A stretch of DNA of 64,000 nucleotides from Malacoraja senta (GCA_038087875.1 CM075989.1:3906001-3970000); one strand, 5' to 3'; counted from the first letter of the stretch, positions 1 to 12,635 are shown. Notes: a model not told the origin generated them from the letters alone. Program-made: numbers and translations.

Positions 1-762
1 AATCTACCTGGTAAGTAGATAGCTGAAACCCAAATGTTTCTTGTAATACACCAGTGCCAAATAAGGTTAGCCAATTTATCACAGGATACTGACTTGATTC
101 CACCCATGTGATTAATGTATGCCACCGCTGTAGTGTTGTCAATCTGAAGTTGAACATGCAAATTATGCATATTGTCACAATAAGCCTTCAGCCCATAGAG
201 TGCTCCCAGCAATTCTAAGTAGTTAATACCATGTGACTGAAGAATTGATGACTCATGCACATTCCATCTGCCACTGCAGCTAGATATGGTATTAGTAGCT
301 CCCCATCCTAGAGCACTAGCATCAGTTTGTAATATAACTGAAGGTTTATCGACTGGAGCAATGCCGAATATTTGTCATCCACCATTGTACTCAGCAATGG
401 CTTCAGCTGGCAACCGCATGGGTCTACTGAAGTGACCTGCATGGAATTTGAGTGCCTGCTCCTTTGCATATTGTAAATTTTGATAATGCAAAGGCCCAAA
501 CTGTGCAGCTGGAAAAGCAGTCACTAATTTGCCAATTATACTAGCTACATGTCGAATAGAAGGTTGCTCCTTAACAATGAGATTGTTACAGGCTTCTATT
601 AATTCTAATCTCTTGCCCCAAGGCAGAGTCACCGACATGTGAAACGAGTTAATGGTAAAACCAAAATAATCAATAACTCTAGATGGTATCAACTTGGATT
701 TAACTGGATGACTGAGAAACCCCAATCTCTCAAACATGAGTTTACTAGCTGAAACAGATAAT

Positions 763-1506
763 TTAGCTAATTTCAGTTTCCCCTATGATTAGGATATCAT
801 CCAAGTAAGCCATCACAATATGATTCTGAGCCTGGAGTAGCCCCAGCACCGGTTTCAATAATTTTGTAAATAATCTGGGGGCTGAAGTTAACCCATTAGG
901 CAATGCTTTAAACTGCCACAGTTGCCCCATCCAGCTAAACTTCAAATATCTCCAGTGATCCCAGTGAATGGGTACTGAATAGATCGATAGATCTTTGAGA
1001 TCGATGCATGCCATATAACATCGTTTGGAAACCAGTTGTTTGGCAGTAACAAAGTTTTCCATTTTGAAATGTTTATACTGCACAAAGGAGTTAAGTCGAG
1101 TCAAATCAAGGATGATTCGGCATCCTCCATCCTTCTTTTGCCTTGTAAATATATTAGACACAAATTGGTGAGGTTCATGACACGACTTCTCAATTACCCC
1201 TTGTACATCCAAACATTCCTGTTGTGAAAGAACAAATGTCCAGTTTGGTGTATGCTGTGTGGGTGGAAATGAATTGGGAAGGAATTCGATTTGGAACCCT
1301 TGTATACTGTGCAGTATAAACGGATCTGATGTTATCCAACGCCATTCATTCAAAAACAAGTGCAATCTCCCACCAACTTGTAGCTGATCCATACACCCTA
1401 TGTTCCGGAAAGAACCAGACCCACCTACCTCCATGGTTACCGGTGGATGAATGTTTTTTATTTCCGCCCCCGAGGTTTGGGGGGTAGGACTGATGGAGTG
1501 CGCCAA
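763..1506 (-). pseudogene. DIRS1 reverse transcriptase fragment
   Basis: VGGRL...W..I N-terminal motif, RIILDL, LPNGL and YLDD; frameshifted into the 375-737 fragment. Confidence 0.85.
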
Positions 1507-1943
1507 CCGCGCATCTTTGACGAGAGCCGGCTTGGGCCTTGGCCTAAAAAAGAGCTCTACCCAGAGTGTTCGGCCTTCGAGCTGCCACCAGTTTCAGCGA
1601 ACCGTTTGTTGTTGAAGGGAGCGTAAGGGTGCTGCCACCGGAATGATGAAGCTTTGGTAGTTGATGGGACTTTCATTAGCCCAACCGCTTTCGCTTCGTC
1701 GTCCTGCTCCCTGACCTGCTTCGGCAGATCTTCTCCGAACAAAAAATTCGGCGGTTGTACGTTGCTGGCCTTGCACAGTCCCGCGAATTTGGGGTTCTGG
1801 GTAGGTCGGATGGCATTTTTGCGTAAACAGTTGATTTCAAAATGTGCATTTAGGATTTTCTGGAGCTTCACCTCCTGGGCTCTGATGCCCCCTCCGATGT
1901 AACCCCAGATGGAGTTGTTAACAGCCGGCATGTTTAACGAAGC

Positions 1944-2745
1944 ACAATGGTGGGCAAATTAATGGAAAGGATACTTAGAGATAATATATATAAGCATCTG
2001 GATAAGCAGGGTCTGATTAGGAACAGTCAACATGGATTTGTGCCTGGAAGGTCATGTTTGACTAATCTTCTTGAATTTTTCGAAGAGGTTACTAGGGAAA
2101 TTGATGAGGGTAAAGCAGTGGATGTGCTGGCCTTTATAAATCAGAGCATTGAATATAGAAGTTGGGATGTAATGTTAAAATTGTACAAGGCATTGGTGAG
2201 GCCAATTCTGGAGTATGGAGTACAATTTTGGTCGCCTAATTATAGGAAGGATGTCAACAAAATAGAGAGAGTACAGAGGAGATACTAGAATGTTGCCTGG
2301 GTTTCAGCAACTAAGTTACAGAGAAAGGTTGAACAAGTTAGGTCTTTATTCTTTGGAGCGCAGAAGGTTAAGAGGGGACTTGATAGAGGTCTTTAAAATT
2401 ATGAGCGGGTTAGACAGAGTTGACGTGGATAAGCTTTTCCCATTGAGAGTAGGGAAGATTCAAACAAGGGGACATGACTTGAGAATTAAGGGACAGAAGT
2501 TTAGGGGTAACATTAGGGGGAACTTCTTTACTCAGAGAGTGGTAGCTGTGTGGAATGAGCTTCCAGTGGAAGTGGTGGAGGCAGGTTCGATTTTATCCTT
2601 TAAAAATAGATTGGATGGGTATATGGACGGGAAAGGAATGGAGGGATATGGTCTGAGTGCAGGTAGAAGGGGGGGGGGGGAAAGTGTTCGGCACGGACTT
2701 GAAGGGCCGAGATGGCCTGTTTCCGTGCTGTGATGGTTATATGGT
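1944..2745 (+). mobile_element. CR1/HER1-like LINE 3' fragment with internal deletion, inserted in the DIRS gag region
   Basis: ORFs with SQHGFVPGRSCLTNLLEFFE, LYKALVRPILEYGVQFWSP, LERRRLRGDLIEVFKI, TRGH and FFTQRVV; splits the DIRS gag fragments. Confidence 0.9.
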
Positions 2746-4167
2746 TAGCAGGTGTGTGGTACTTCATAGAAGTTTCTGCCATTGCCTGTTCTTGGAGCTG
2801 GTGTGATGCCAGGTAATTGATGCTCGTAGCCAATTCCTCATCCAGCGGTTCCCCTGTTTGCGATGGAATCGCAAATTTCGATGCTATAGCAGGCACATCT
2901 GCTTCACGCCCTTCGTGCCTCGTGGTATGCTCCCCGGCTATACCTCCGAACGAGTCAGACCAAAACTGACCCGAATGCTCCCCTCCTCATAGAGGGAGAC
3001 ATTGTGCAGCCCTGAACCAGGTGCCGCTGCCCCGGGCCCCCGAGGAGACCCGCGCTGATATAGCTCCAGTTCGTTGGGAGTATATCATGATGGAGCATCC
3101 TTTCCATCAGGTGCTCCATCCGGGGTAAACGTTCGAAGACGCTATCCATTGTAGGAGGGGAACCCTCCTGGCCCGACTCGTCTGAGTCAACAGGCCTTAC
3201 AGACTTTCTTTTGGCTTTCTCTCCTAGCGGGGTTGCCACGGTGCTCTCGACCGGCACCAAGTCTGAGAGCCGCTGGCTGCACCGCCAGCGACTCGGAAGG
3301 CGAAATCGACGGCCGCCCGCTACCCGCACTCCCGCGGTCTTCCGTAGCTGCTTTCCCGCGGCCCGTCTGGACTTCACCTTGGACATTTTCTCCATAGCAG
3401 TTCGTACTTGAAGTTCTGCAATCAAGAATTACCGAACAAAAAGAAACGACCTCAGACTAAGTTTTAAACACTTACCTGTAGGATTTTTAAACTTACCGCT
3501 GGAGGGGCAACGCGCCTGCCAGCCAGTCGTTGCGCAATGCGTTAGACGTAATTGACGCGCATGCGGGCTGCGGGCTTCTTCACGTAGTCACTCACGTGAC
3601 TCCGAAGTAAAATTTGTTTACTTCACTTACATTCCCTGTTAAATGATTTGAGGGGCTGAGTAGCCGACTTCTGTTTGTATTTTCATATTTTCTGCTCATT
3701 GTAACAAACTAATTTTCTCTGTTAATTATGAGTCAGGAATTGTGAAATTAGAAAATGGTACTGTGCAAGGTGACAAGGAGCCTGGGATCAACTTTATATG
3801 CACACACTGACGAGAGTTTAAAATTAATACCAATCATTGGACTGGTACCAAAAAGCAATGGGGAAGTTAAACTTCACATCTTCAAGTGACTTTACCATGT
3901 TTTTCTTTTTGAAATTTGCAAAGGCAAACTTTCCCTCGCAAATCTGGTATGAATATAATGCTGCTCGTACAATCAACGAAAAAATACCCCCAATGCCAGG
4001 ACATTGTTTAGCACTGTTACTGCCTTTTGTACACAACTTGTTATAATATTTGCAGTTTTTTTTCTCATAGCAGTCTTGCATTTGAACAATAATGGACTGA
4101 CAGATTTGAGGCTTTTCTTTAATGTACTAAGGTGTATGAAGCACTTTTGATGGGATTGTTGAACGAT

Positions 4168-4262
4168 TGTGTGTGTGTATATGCATGTGTGTGTGTGTGT
4201 ATGCGTGTGTGTATATATATGTGTGTGTGTATGTGTATATGTGTATGTATGTGTTTGTGTGC
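4168..4262. repeat. compound (TG)/(TA) microsatellite
   Basis: Imperfect tgtgtgtatatg runs seen directly. Confidence 0.9.
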
Positions 4263-4854
4263 ACAAATGCATGTGCACAGTCGCGTACGTGTGAACACAT
4301 TCAGCATATTTGCATTTTGACAATGGTACAATGGGCTTTCTGGTCATTTTTGGGGCGCAATTTTTTTAATTTGATACACCCAACAAGTAACTACTAGTTA
4401 TCCGGGATGTGTAAGCGAGGGGAGGTAAGTTTCGAGAAAATATCTATTAACACAAGTCAACTATCTCAGAACGCCTGTTCTGGATGGGGATGTGTATAAA
4501 CTTCCAGTAAACTATGAGTGGAGATGGAATTAATCAAGGAGCGCGGTTTACCCGTTGATCTAGTGTAAAACCAGATTGGGGGGGGGGGCATATCTTATAG
4601 ATTTGGCTATTGTTCTTGGGGAGGGTGGGTGGGGAGAGTTATTGTGCAGTATGTATTTTGCATGTTATAAAATAAGTTGTTGGTTATATCACCCCATGAA
4701 ATGGACGGTGATGATCACGGAATTGGGTTTGTACAGCTTGCAAGACGATAAAGGAACCCTAATGGATTTGCGGTCTGGTTTGTTGGGCTGTTTGTTCCCG
4801 AATCACTGCCACTCCACCTCCCCACTTAGCTGTTTATTTTCAAGTGTAAGTGGT

Positions 4855-5235
4855 GCTGTCTGAAGAAGGGTCTCCACCCGAGATGTCACCTATTCCTTCT
4901 CTCCAGAGATGTTGTCTGAGCCGCCGAGTTACTCCAGCACTTCATGTCTATCTTCTGTAGAATGCCGTCCTCTCCAAATGCCGATACAATTCTGACCTCA
5001 AAATTATCCCAGGGCTTCTGTGATCCAAGGACGAGATCAAATTATATTAAACACGGTGTGTAGAAAGGAACCGCAGATGCTAGTTTACATACCGAAGATA
5101 GACGCAGAGTAACTCGGCATGTCAGGCAGCATCTCTGGAGAAAAAGGATGGGTGACGTTTCGGGTCGGGCCTATCCTTTATCTCCAGCGATGCTATCTGA
5201 CCTGACGAGTTACTCCAGCACTTTGTGTCCATCCA
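4855..5235. mobile_element. degenerate Penelope-derived terminal repeats in both orientations, with hammerhead-like motifs
   Basis: gtctgaagaagggtctccacccgagatgtcacc at about 4858-4891, the gagttactccagcac tail motif, and an inverted copy around 5085-5170. Confidence 0.7.
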
Positions 5236-5359
5236 TTGACATCAAACTAAAGTTGTCTTGCACAACTTCCCAACCCTTCCCCCCTACTCCCCCCCCCCCC
5301 CTCCGCCACGCAATTATATTGAAACATAACTTCGCTGTGTTTCCCTGAACGACTCGACC

Positions 5360-7760
5360 TGTAGTGTTCTCTTGGGTTTAGACTCTCTGTTACCTGCAGC
5401 GAGAGGCAAGAAGAGTGTTTAATTGTATATGCACCAAGAAAAGCTACAATGAAATCATTACTTGCCGTAGCATAACAAGTCTGCAAGCACAGTGAACTGT
5501 CCTCCCTACGTGATTGTTTAACAGTAGAACGTAGATTGACAGCCAGCCAAACCCGATTCAATAATCAGACGCGAGTCAGGAAGTTAGCATCTCTGCTCTT
5601 AAGTTTAATGATTTTCCAGTGCTGTCATTCTTAATATTGAAAAACGAGTGAAACTATAAAGGAGATGAAAGATACATAAATTACTCTCCTTTGCAGAAAT
5701 ATACATTTAAATAGAAATTAAACATATAGGGCAAATATATAATAATAAACAATCCTATTAACAATCAAAGCAAATCCTATTCTTTGTATTAAAGAAGGAA
5801 CTGCAGATGCTGGAAAATCGAAGGTACACAAAAATGCTGGAGAAACTCAGCGGGTGCAGCAGCATCTATGGGAAACTCAGCGGGTGCAGCAGCATCTATA
5901 GTCTGAAGAAGGGTTTCGGCCCGAAACGTTGCCTATTTCCTTCGCTCCATAGATGTTGCTGCACCTGCTGAGTTTCTCCAGCATTTTTGTGTACCTCCTA
6001 TTCTTTGTATATAAGGTGCCACAAAATGGCCGCCGGCTACCAATCTAAACATTCACAAATGCTATGAAGTTAATGAAATGAGTTAAATCTCATCTGCCAT
6101 AAATATTCTCCAATATAGCATTCCAAGCATACAGTGAACTATATAAACTTACAGCCATTGCCTTCTTAAGCATAGCAAGCTAGGATTTGGTCGGATTGCT
6201 TCTGCTGTTGAACATGACAGAAAAGACAAAGGCAGGAGACTACTTCCTGCTTCCTACTTCCTGTGTGCAACTGACCTTTCACAATAAAAGTCCAATAGAT
6301 GGCGCTATTGCACAATGGTTCCAGCAGAGGACAGAATACTCCCCGCCTGACATCGATAGATGCCACTACTAACATCAGCTAAAGTAACCTCAGGATCCTT
6401 GTCTCTCAGGAAGGAGAAGAATGACCTCAGAAACAGGTCTCATGTAGCTCTTAGAGGTGCCTTGAGAAGCTGTCCTGACCTCTATCTTCTGCACTTTGCC
6501 ATCACTGCTTGGGAAAACAGAGGTAACTAATCCCATAGGCCATTCGTCACGGGACAGCTGGCTGTCTTTCAAAAGCACAATGTCTCCAGTTTGCAGATCT
6601 CTGCGTGTCTCATTCCATTTACGTCTGCTCTGCAGAGTTGGCAAGTACTCCCGTCTCCAGCGAACCCAGAACTCATTGGCCAACGTTTGTACCTGCCTCC
6701 ATTGGCTCTTGAAGAGGTCTTCCCATGTGAAATGGCTTGGAGGAGCTGGTACGCCGGACTTCTGGGTAAGCAGCATTGCAGGAGTTAGGAGGAATGGTGA
6801 GTCCGGATCAGAAGAGATTGGCACTAATGGTCTAGCATTGATGATTGCTGATACTTCAGCCATGAGGTTACAAAGGACTTCGTGAGTGAGGTGGAGTGAC
6901 TTCCGCCGTAGCTACATGGAGTCCAGGATTCTGCGTGAGATGCCAATCAAACGTTCCCAGGCCCCTCCCTTGTGTGAAGCGTGAGGGGGGTTGAACTCCC
7001 ATGTGCATCCTTGCTGACTTAAGTACCTGTGGATATTTGTCTGCTCGCTAGAGTCCTTGTCCATCTTCAGCTCTCTACTTGCCCCGATGAAATTTGTTCC
7101 GTTGTTGGATCTAAGCTGTTTTGCTGGTCCACGGATGGCGAAGAACCGGTGGAGGGCGTTAATACAGCTAGAAGTGTCCATGGACTCTATCACTTCAATA
7201 TGTACCGCTCGGGTACTCATGCATGTAAAGAGAATCGCCCAACGCTTGCTTTGAGCTGCACCTCCTCTTGTTCGCTGAGTGACCACTGTCCAAGGTCCGA
7301 ATACATCCAAACCAACATATGTGAATGGAGGGGATATACTGAGGCGTTCTGGAGGGAGGTCAGCCATCTTCTGTTTCTCCATCTTACCCCTGAGCTTGCG
7401 ACATGTGATGCAATCATGCAAAACGGAACTGATAAGTCGCTTGCCACCGACAATCCACAGACCTGCTGCTCTGATGGCTCCCTCTGTGAACTGATGACCC
7501 TGGTGCTTTACCTCTTTATGATGTTGCTGCACTAATAGCTTGGTGACGTGGCTTTGTTTCCCCAGGGTGAGAGGACTCCTTTCGGCTTGGTCCAGAGGTG
7601 CATGAGTTAGGCGTCCACCGACTTTAAGGACACCATCCTGGATCACTGGATTCAACTTCACAAGTGGACTGGATCGAGGGAGTTCTCTGTTCCCTGTGAG
7701 TTTACTGAACTCCTCAGCATAGGTCTCTTTCTGTGCAGACCTCTTGCGCAAGGTGCGCTG
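5360..7760 (-). mobile_element. BEL/Pao LTR retrotransposon 3' end (integrase, DUF5641-like C-terminus, polypurine tract, probable 3' LTR about 5360-6338)
   Basis: ORF 6912-7751 has HHCC zinc-binding residues, MADLPPERL, GLDVFGP, RAVHIEV and GGAWERLI. ORF 6390-6863 has INARPL, FWVRWRREYLPTLQSRRKW and WPMG. AGGCGGGGAG purine tract near 6339-6350 (minus). LTR limits are tentative. Confidence 0.85.
5790..5995. mobile_element. 206-bp foldback Penelope-derived mini-element with hammerhead motif and 15-bp TSD
   Basis: TSD TCCTATTCTTTGTAT at 5775-5789 and 5996-6010; internal inverted arms; CTGAAGA-agggtttcggccc-GAAACGTT core at about 5900-5933. Confidence 0.85.
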
Positions 7761-7789
7761 TAAAGAGGCAAGACGACAGAGATCCTTTT

Positions 7790-8357
7790 TTTAATAGCAA
7801 AAGGATTTGAGTAAAAGAGCTTCATAGCAAAAGGATTTGAGTATAAGAGCAGGGAGGTTCTACTGCATTTGTACAGGGTCTAGGTGAGGCCACACCTGGA
7901 GTATTGCGTACAGTTTTGGTCACCAAATCTGAGGAAAGACATTCTTGCCATAGAGGGAGTACAGAGAAGGTTCACCAGACTGATTCCTGGGATGGCAGGA
8001 CTTTCATATGAAGAAAGACTGGATAGGCTCGGCTTGTACTCGCTAGAATTTAGAAGATTGAGGGGGGATCTTATAGAAACTTACAAGATTCTTAACGGTT
8101 TGGACAGGCTAGATGCAGGAAGATTGTTCCCGATGTTGGGGAAGTCCAGAACAAGGGGTCACAGTTTAAGGATAAGGGGGAAGTCTTTTAGGACCGAGAT
8201 GAGAAAATCATTTTTCACACAGAGAGTGGTGAATCTGTGGAATTCTCTGCCACAGAAGGTAGTTGAGGCCAGTTCATTGGCTATATTTAAGAGGGAGTTA
8301 GATGTGGCCCTTGTGGCTAAAGGGATCAGAGGGTATGGAGAGAAGGCAGGTACAGGA
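7790..8357 (+). mobile_element. CR1/HER1-like LINE 3' fragment
   Basis: RPHLEYCVQFWSP, RRLRGDLIETYKI, TRGHSL and FFTQRVVNLWNSLP; ends at the gap. Confidence 0.92.
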
Positions 8358-8557
8358 NNNNNNNNNNNNNNNNNNNNNNNNNNNNNNNNNNNNNNNNNNN
8401 NNNNNNNNNNNNNNNNNNNNNNNNNNNNNNNNNNNNNNNNNNNNNNNNNNNNNNNNNNNNNNNNNNNNNNNNNNNNNNNNNNNNNNNNNNNNNNNNNNNN
8501 NNNNNNNNNNNNNNNNNNNNNNNNNNNNNNNNNNNNNNNNNNNNNNNNNNNNNNNNN
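8358..8557. other. assembly gap (200 N)
   Basis: Run of N. Confidence 0.99.
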
Positions 8558-8979
8558 GTAAAAGGGGGCCAATCTTTGCAGCTCATCTTTACAGTCGTTT
8601 CCCTCTTTGTGGTTTTAACCATACCCCCTCTACATTCAGCATAAACAGAGGATGCTGTTGCTCCTACAGCAATTCCTGTTGCAAATGCCTCAGAATGCTG
8701 TGGGTTGAGGTAATGTTGGTGGCTCCCATTTCACCCCGAGAGGATGAGATGGACAATCATTACAGAGCACCACAAATCAGCAAACGACCCAACGGCCAAG
8801 TCATTGTGGTGGAAGTTGTGATTCTCTGATCATCTGTGTGGAGACGTCGGACGCTAGGAGTGGGCCGGGTTAAACCGGGATATTGCCTCCAGCGCCTTCA
8901 AGGTCGGCTGCAGGAGGAACCCCCGGGACACAACAATGGAGAGGGGATGTCAGTTCATGAGAAATGTTCCAGTATATTG

Positions 8980-9262
8980 GGCAGCACAGTGACGCAGCAG
9001 AGTGTTGCTGCCTTCCAGCGCCAGAGACCTGGGTTTGATCCTGGCTACGTGTGCTGTCTGTTACGGAGTTTGTGCGTCCTCCCCGTGACCAGCGTGGGTT
9101 TTCTCCGAGATGTTCGGTTTCTTCCCACACTCCAATGATGTGCAGGTTAGAGTTTAATTGGCTTGGTCAAAGTGTAAATGCCCCCAGTGTGTGTAGGATA
9201 GTTTTAATGTGCGGGGATCGCTGGTGGGTGCGGTTTCGGTAGGCTTGTTTCCGCGCTGTATG
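8980..9262 (+). mobile_element. HE1-like tRNA-derived V-SINE
   Basis: tRNA-like head (gcagcacagtgacgcagc...gggtttgatcc), V-core (ggagtttg...ttctcc...cggtttc...cccaca) and LINE-derived tail. Confidence 0.8.
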
Positions 9263-10250
9263 TTCCCGAGTCTGTTGTTACCCGCTTTCAAGCAATTCTG
9301 TCTTCTGCAACCAAATATCTGGTATCTGAGAGAAGGTATTAACTTCCCGGTCGTTGAGTTCACCGCAAAGAAAAATTATTTTGCACCTTTCAACTGGCTG
9401 ATCCAAAGTACAGCGTTGCATAATATTAATATCCTTACTCACTGTTTTATTCACATTCGTGCTCACTTTCTGTTGTCCCTGACAACGATTCAGTTGGCTT
9501 GTTTCCTCCGAGTCATCGCTGCTTTTAGTCGCAAACAGTTTATAACTCGAGATTCCGAGAAATACCCGATAATATTGTTGCATGGATGGAAATTCGTTCG
9601 TTTGACCATGCTGCAGCTTTAGGATGTAGTCCAGCGGAACGTAAATAACCCTTGCTGCTGATGTTGTAACAGCCCTGGTGGAGTGAGATCTGGAAATCAG
9701 TATCTACTCCTGCATAAATCAAACTCCGTTTATCACCTGGAAATGGTCTGAACAGATTGTTCATATAAAGTTTTTGTAAGTAACAAGCATTGCTAGTTCA
9801 GAGCCTCGAAGGCTCTTGGTGACCTTGACGTATTGTTGTATATGTGTGCCCTCACGTAAACCAAAGGTGCCTGGGTATGCTTGAACTATTTGAGACCTGA
9901 CACCCCTTCTGCTCTGCTTAAGTAATTATAAACATAAATATTATTATTATTTACAGATGTAATCATCCTGTCCCGTCGCAATTATGTAGCGACTGAACCT
10001 GTTGCGCTAAACCAGTGCCAGGAGGAATAACTACCTTATGAGATCCGGCCAAAGCTAAGGATGTAGCTGGAGCCCCCTGGTGAAATAGTGTTCACACAAT
10101 GTCAACATCCCATATGGCATTGTACTTGTCCTGAGAGAACTTGTGTTAAAGATATCCTTTACAAACTCGATATCCGGGGTGAACCCGACAGAGTGGGTCT
10201 CATTTGCTGCAGCAAATATGATGGGAAGGCCCTTTGGCACAGTTAATGGT

Positions 10251-10842
10251 CCCACAGCGCTGGGACACCAACACGGAGCGGGCGATGCCTTGCCGGGTCG
10301 CTGCTCCGGAGTGCTGTGACCGCCGACCACTAACGTCAAGCAGCCGCGGTCTGCGGTCTGCGGTCTGCGGTCTGAGGACGCCCCGCCGCGGGCGGGCGGC
10401 GCTGGGTCGAGAACACCGCGGAGTCAGAGTCGAAGCTCCAACCGGCGCGGCCTGAAGACTACGGGCGTCGCAGTCTCCGGGGAGGAGGCGGCCCCTCCAG
10501 ACATTTCCAAGCCGCTGAGGACTTTTCCACCCGATGCCGGTGTTCCAGCTTCCCAGCGGGTGGGCCTAGAACATCGGGCTGCCGTTGCGGCAACTGGCTG
10601 CGGAGCCCTCAAACTGGCCCCGATCTCGGGTGGACTAGGAGGAGGACTGGACATTTTGGTGCCTTTCCCTCGCAGTGGAGAGTGTCGACTCTGCTGTGGG
10701 GGGATGTTCGTGTTGAGTCTCTGATAGTGTGTCGTGTCTTTTTTATTCTACCTTTTTATTTTTTATTTGTGTGGATAATTCTCTGTAAAGCACTTTGGTT
10801 TCAGTGATCTGATTGAAAAGCGCTATATAAATAAACTTAATT
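10251..10842 (+). mobile_element. GC-rich non-autonomous retroposon with L2-type 3' tail, inserted in the DIRS element
   Basis: Ends in tgtaaagcactttg...gaaaagcgctatataaataaa; the flanks rejoin to match the uninterrupted DIRS paralog near 45000-45035. Confidence 0.6.
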
Positions 10843-12383
10843 TATAACTCCATTATTGTCAAAAGGCCATTTAAAATGATCTCCAAGACGTCAGTAATCT
10901 GTACCGTTTTAAATGTAACATGAGCATTAAACAAACGCTTCCCATCTCCTGAAGAAGAAATGTACTGCTTTTTTGGTGCTATCCCAGCACTCTGAAGTGA
11001 ACACATACAAGGATAGGTGTAGCAACCCCAGTCGTAGGGGCAGTCTATTCAGAATCTGCAGAACATAAATTGATTTTATCATGCAAGGCTGATTTCCCGA
11101 GCCACAGGCTGAACCAGCAAAGTTTACGTTTAGAATAACCGTATAAGGTTGTATTATTATTCCCGACAAAATCGGGAATCAAAGCTGCATAGACCAATCA
11201 GACAGTAAAGCGGGATTTTGATGACTTTATTTGAAGACCCGACTGATGAGGCAAAATGGAGGAAGACATAAAAGACCATTCCTCCTCCTTGTAGCGAGAA
11301 TGTATCTTTCACCACTGCTATGCCACATATTTTTGCAACCTGTGTATAAGCATGAAAACCAACATATCGATATTCAGTATTCCATTGAACCAGAATTTCA
11401 TAAATACTGTGTGATCCAACACCCATTCTGTGTTGTCATTGATCTTGATGTACTTGATGATACACCAGTGGCAAATGAGATTAGGTAAACTATTACAGGA
11501 TACTTTTACTTGATGGCACCCATGTGACTAACATATGCCACCATCATAATGTATCAACCTGAAGTTGAGCATGCAGAATATGCATATTCGCTCAGTCACT
11601 CTTTAACCCATAGAATGCACGTAGGGTCTAAAGATAGTTGATGCCAATAACTGAAGAATTGGTAACTCATGCAAATCTCCTCCACCTCCAAACTAGAGAT
11701 GACATTCGCAATTTCCCACGTTAGGGCCCTTAGCATCAGTTTGTAATATAACTGAAAATTTACTGACCAAACTACTGGAGCAATGCTGAATACTGTTTGT
11801 CCATCATTGTGACCATAGTAGCCTCAGCTGGTAATAGCATAGGTGTGTTAACAACCTACATGGCACTTTGGAGTTTGCAATTTAGCATGATGTCAGCTCT
11901 CCCACTTGCACAGCTGAATCACAGCTATTATATTGCCAATTAGTCTTAATGAATAGAAGGCTGCTTTATAACAAAAGGTTTCTATTAACTCCAATCTGTT
12001 GCCGAGGGCGGAGTCATAGGCCAATTAATAGCTAAAGGTAAATCCCAATGACCAACAAGTCTATTTGGTAACAATTTAATTTTAACTGGACAGAGGGGCC
12101 CAGTTTCTCAAATATAGTTTGAGACCAAAACAGTTGATTTTAGCAAAATACAGCATTAAAATATCATCCAGTCAAGACATAACGAGTGTTTTTGAACTCT
12201 GAGTAGTCCACTTTGAATGCTTTATTGTCATCATACTGTTATTATTGCCTCATAGCAATTGCCTCCTCCAAATATCTCCGATGATCGCTGTAAATGGGAA
12301 CACCCTATGAAATCAGTTATTAATCAGCCATCTTTCATAATGAACAGGCCACGCCTGCCATCATGTTGTGCCTGCATTGAACG

Positions 12384-12635
12384 ACAACTCTGGCCCAAAT
12401 TCCGAGCCTGTCTTGCAAGACAATCCTGGCCACAATACTAAGCCTATCTGATAATTCTGACCTGTCCCAAAAGACAACTCTGGCCACAATTCTGAGCCTG
12501 TCTCGAAAGACAATTCTGGCCACAATTCTGAGCCAGCCTCGAAAGACAACTCTGTCCATATTTCCGAGTCTGTCTTGAAGGCAATCCTGACCAAAATACT
12601 GAGCCTGCCTCAATACACAATTCTAGCCCAATTCC
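12384..12635. repeat. 36-bp minisatellite (about 6-7 degenerate units)
   Basis: Unit resembling GACAACTCTGGCCACAATTCTGAGCCTGTCTCGAAA repeated in tandem. Confidence 0.85.

Larger units (their letters stand above)
1..3612 (-). mobile_element. DIRS1-type tyrosine-recombinase retrotransposon, degenerate 5' portion (left terminus, gag-like, RT, RNase H); runs off the window start
   Basis: Minus-strand RT fragments 763-1506 (RIILDLTRLN, IDLKD, LPNGLTSAPRLFTK, YLDD) and 375-737. RNase H motifs continue to position 1. Gag-like fragments at 1557-1931, 2600-2896 and 2955-3425. Terminal motif TTTTACTTCGGAGTCACGTGAGTGACTACGTGAAGA at 3577-3612 (minus) is shared with four other sites. Confidence 0.9.

Noticed and set aside
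3973..4397. His/Thr- and Cys/Val-rich ORFs
   Set aside because: Translation of a TG/TA microsatellite.
8159..8829. ORFs spanning 8358-8557
   Set aside because: Artefacts of the N gap; the sequence right of the gap could not be assigned to any family.
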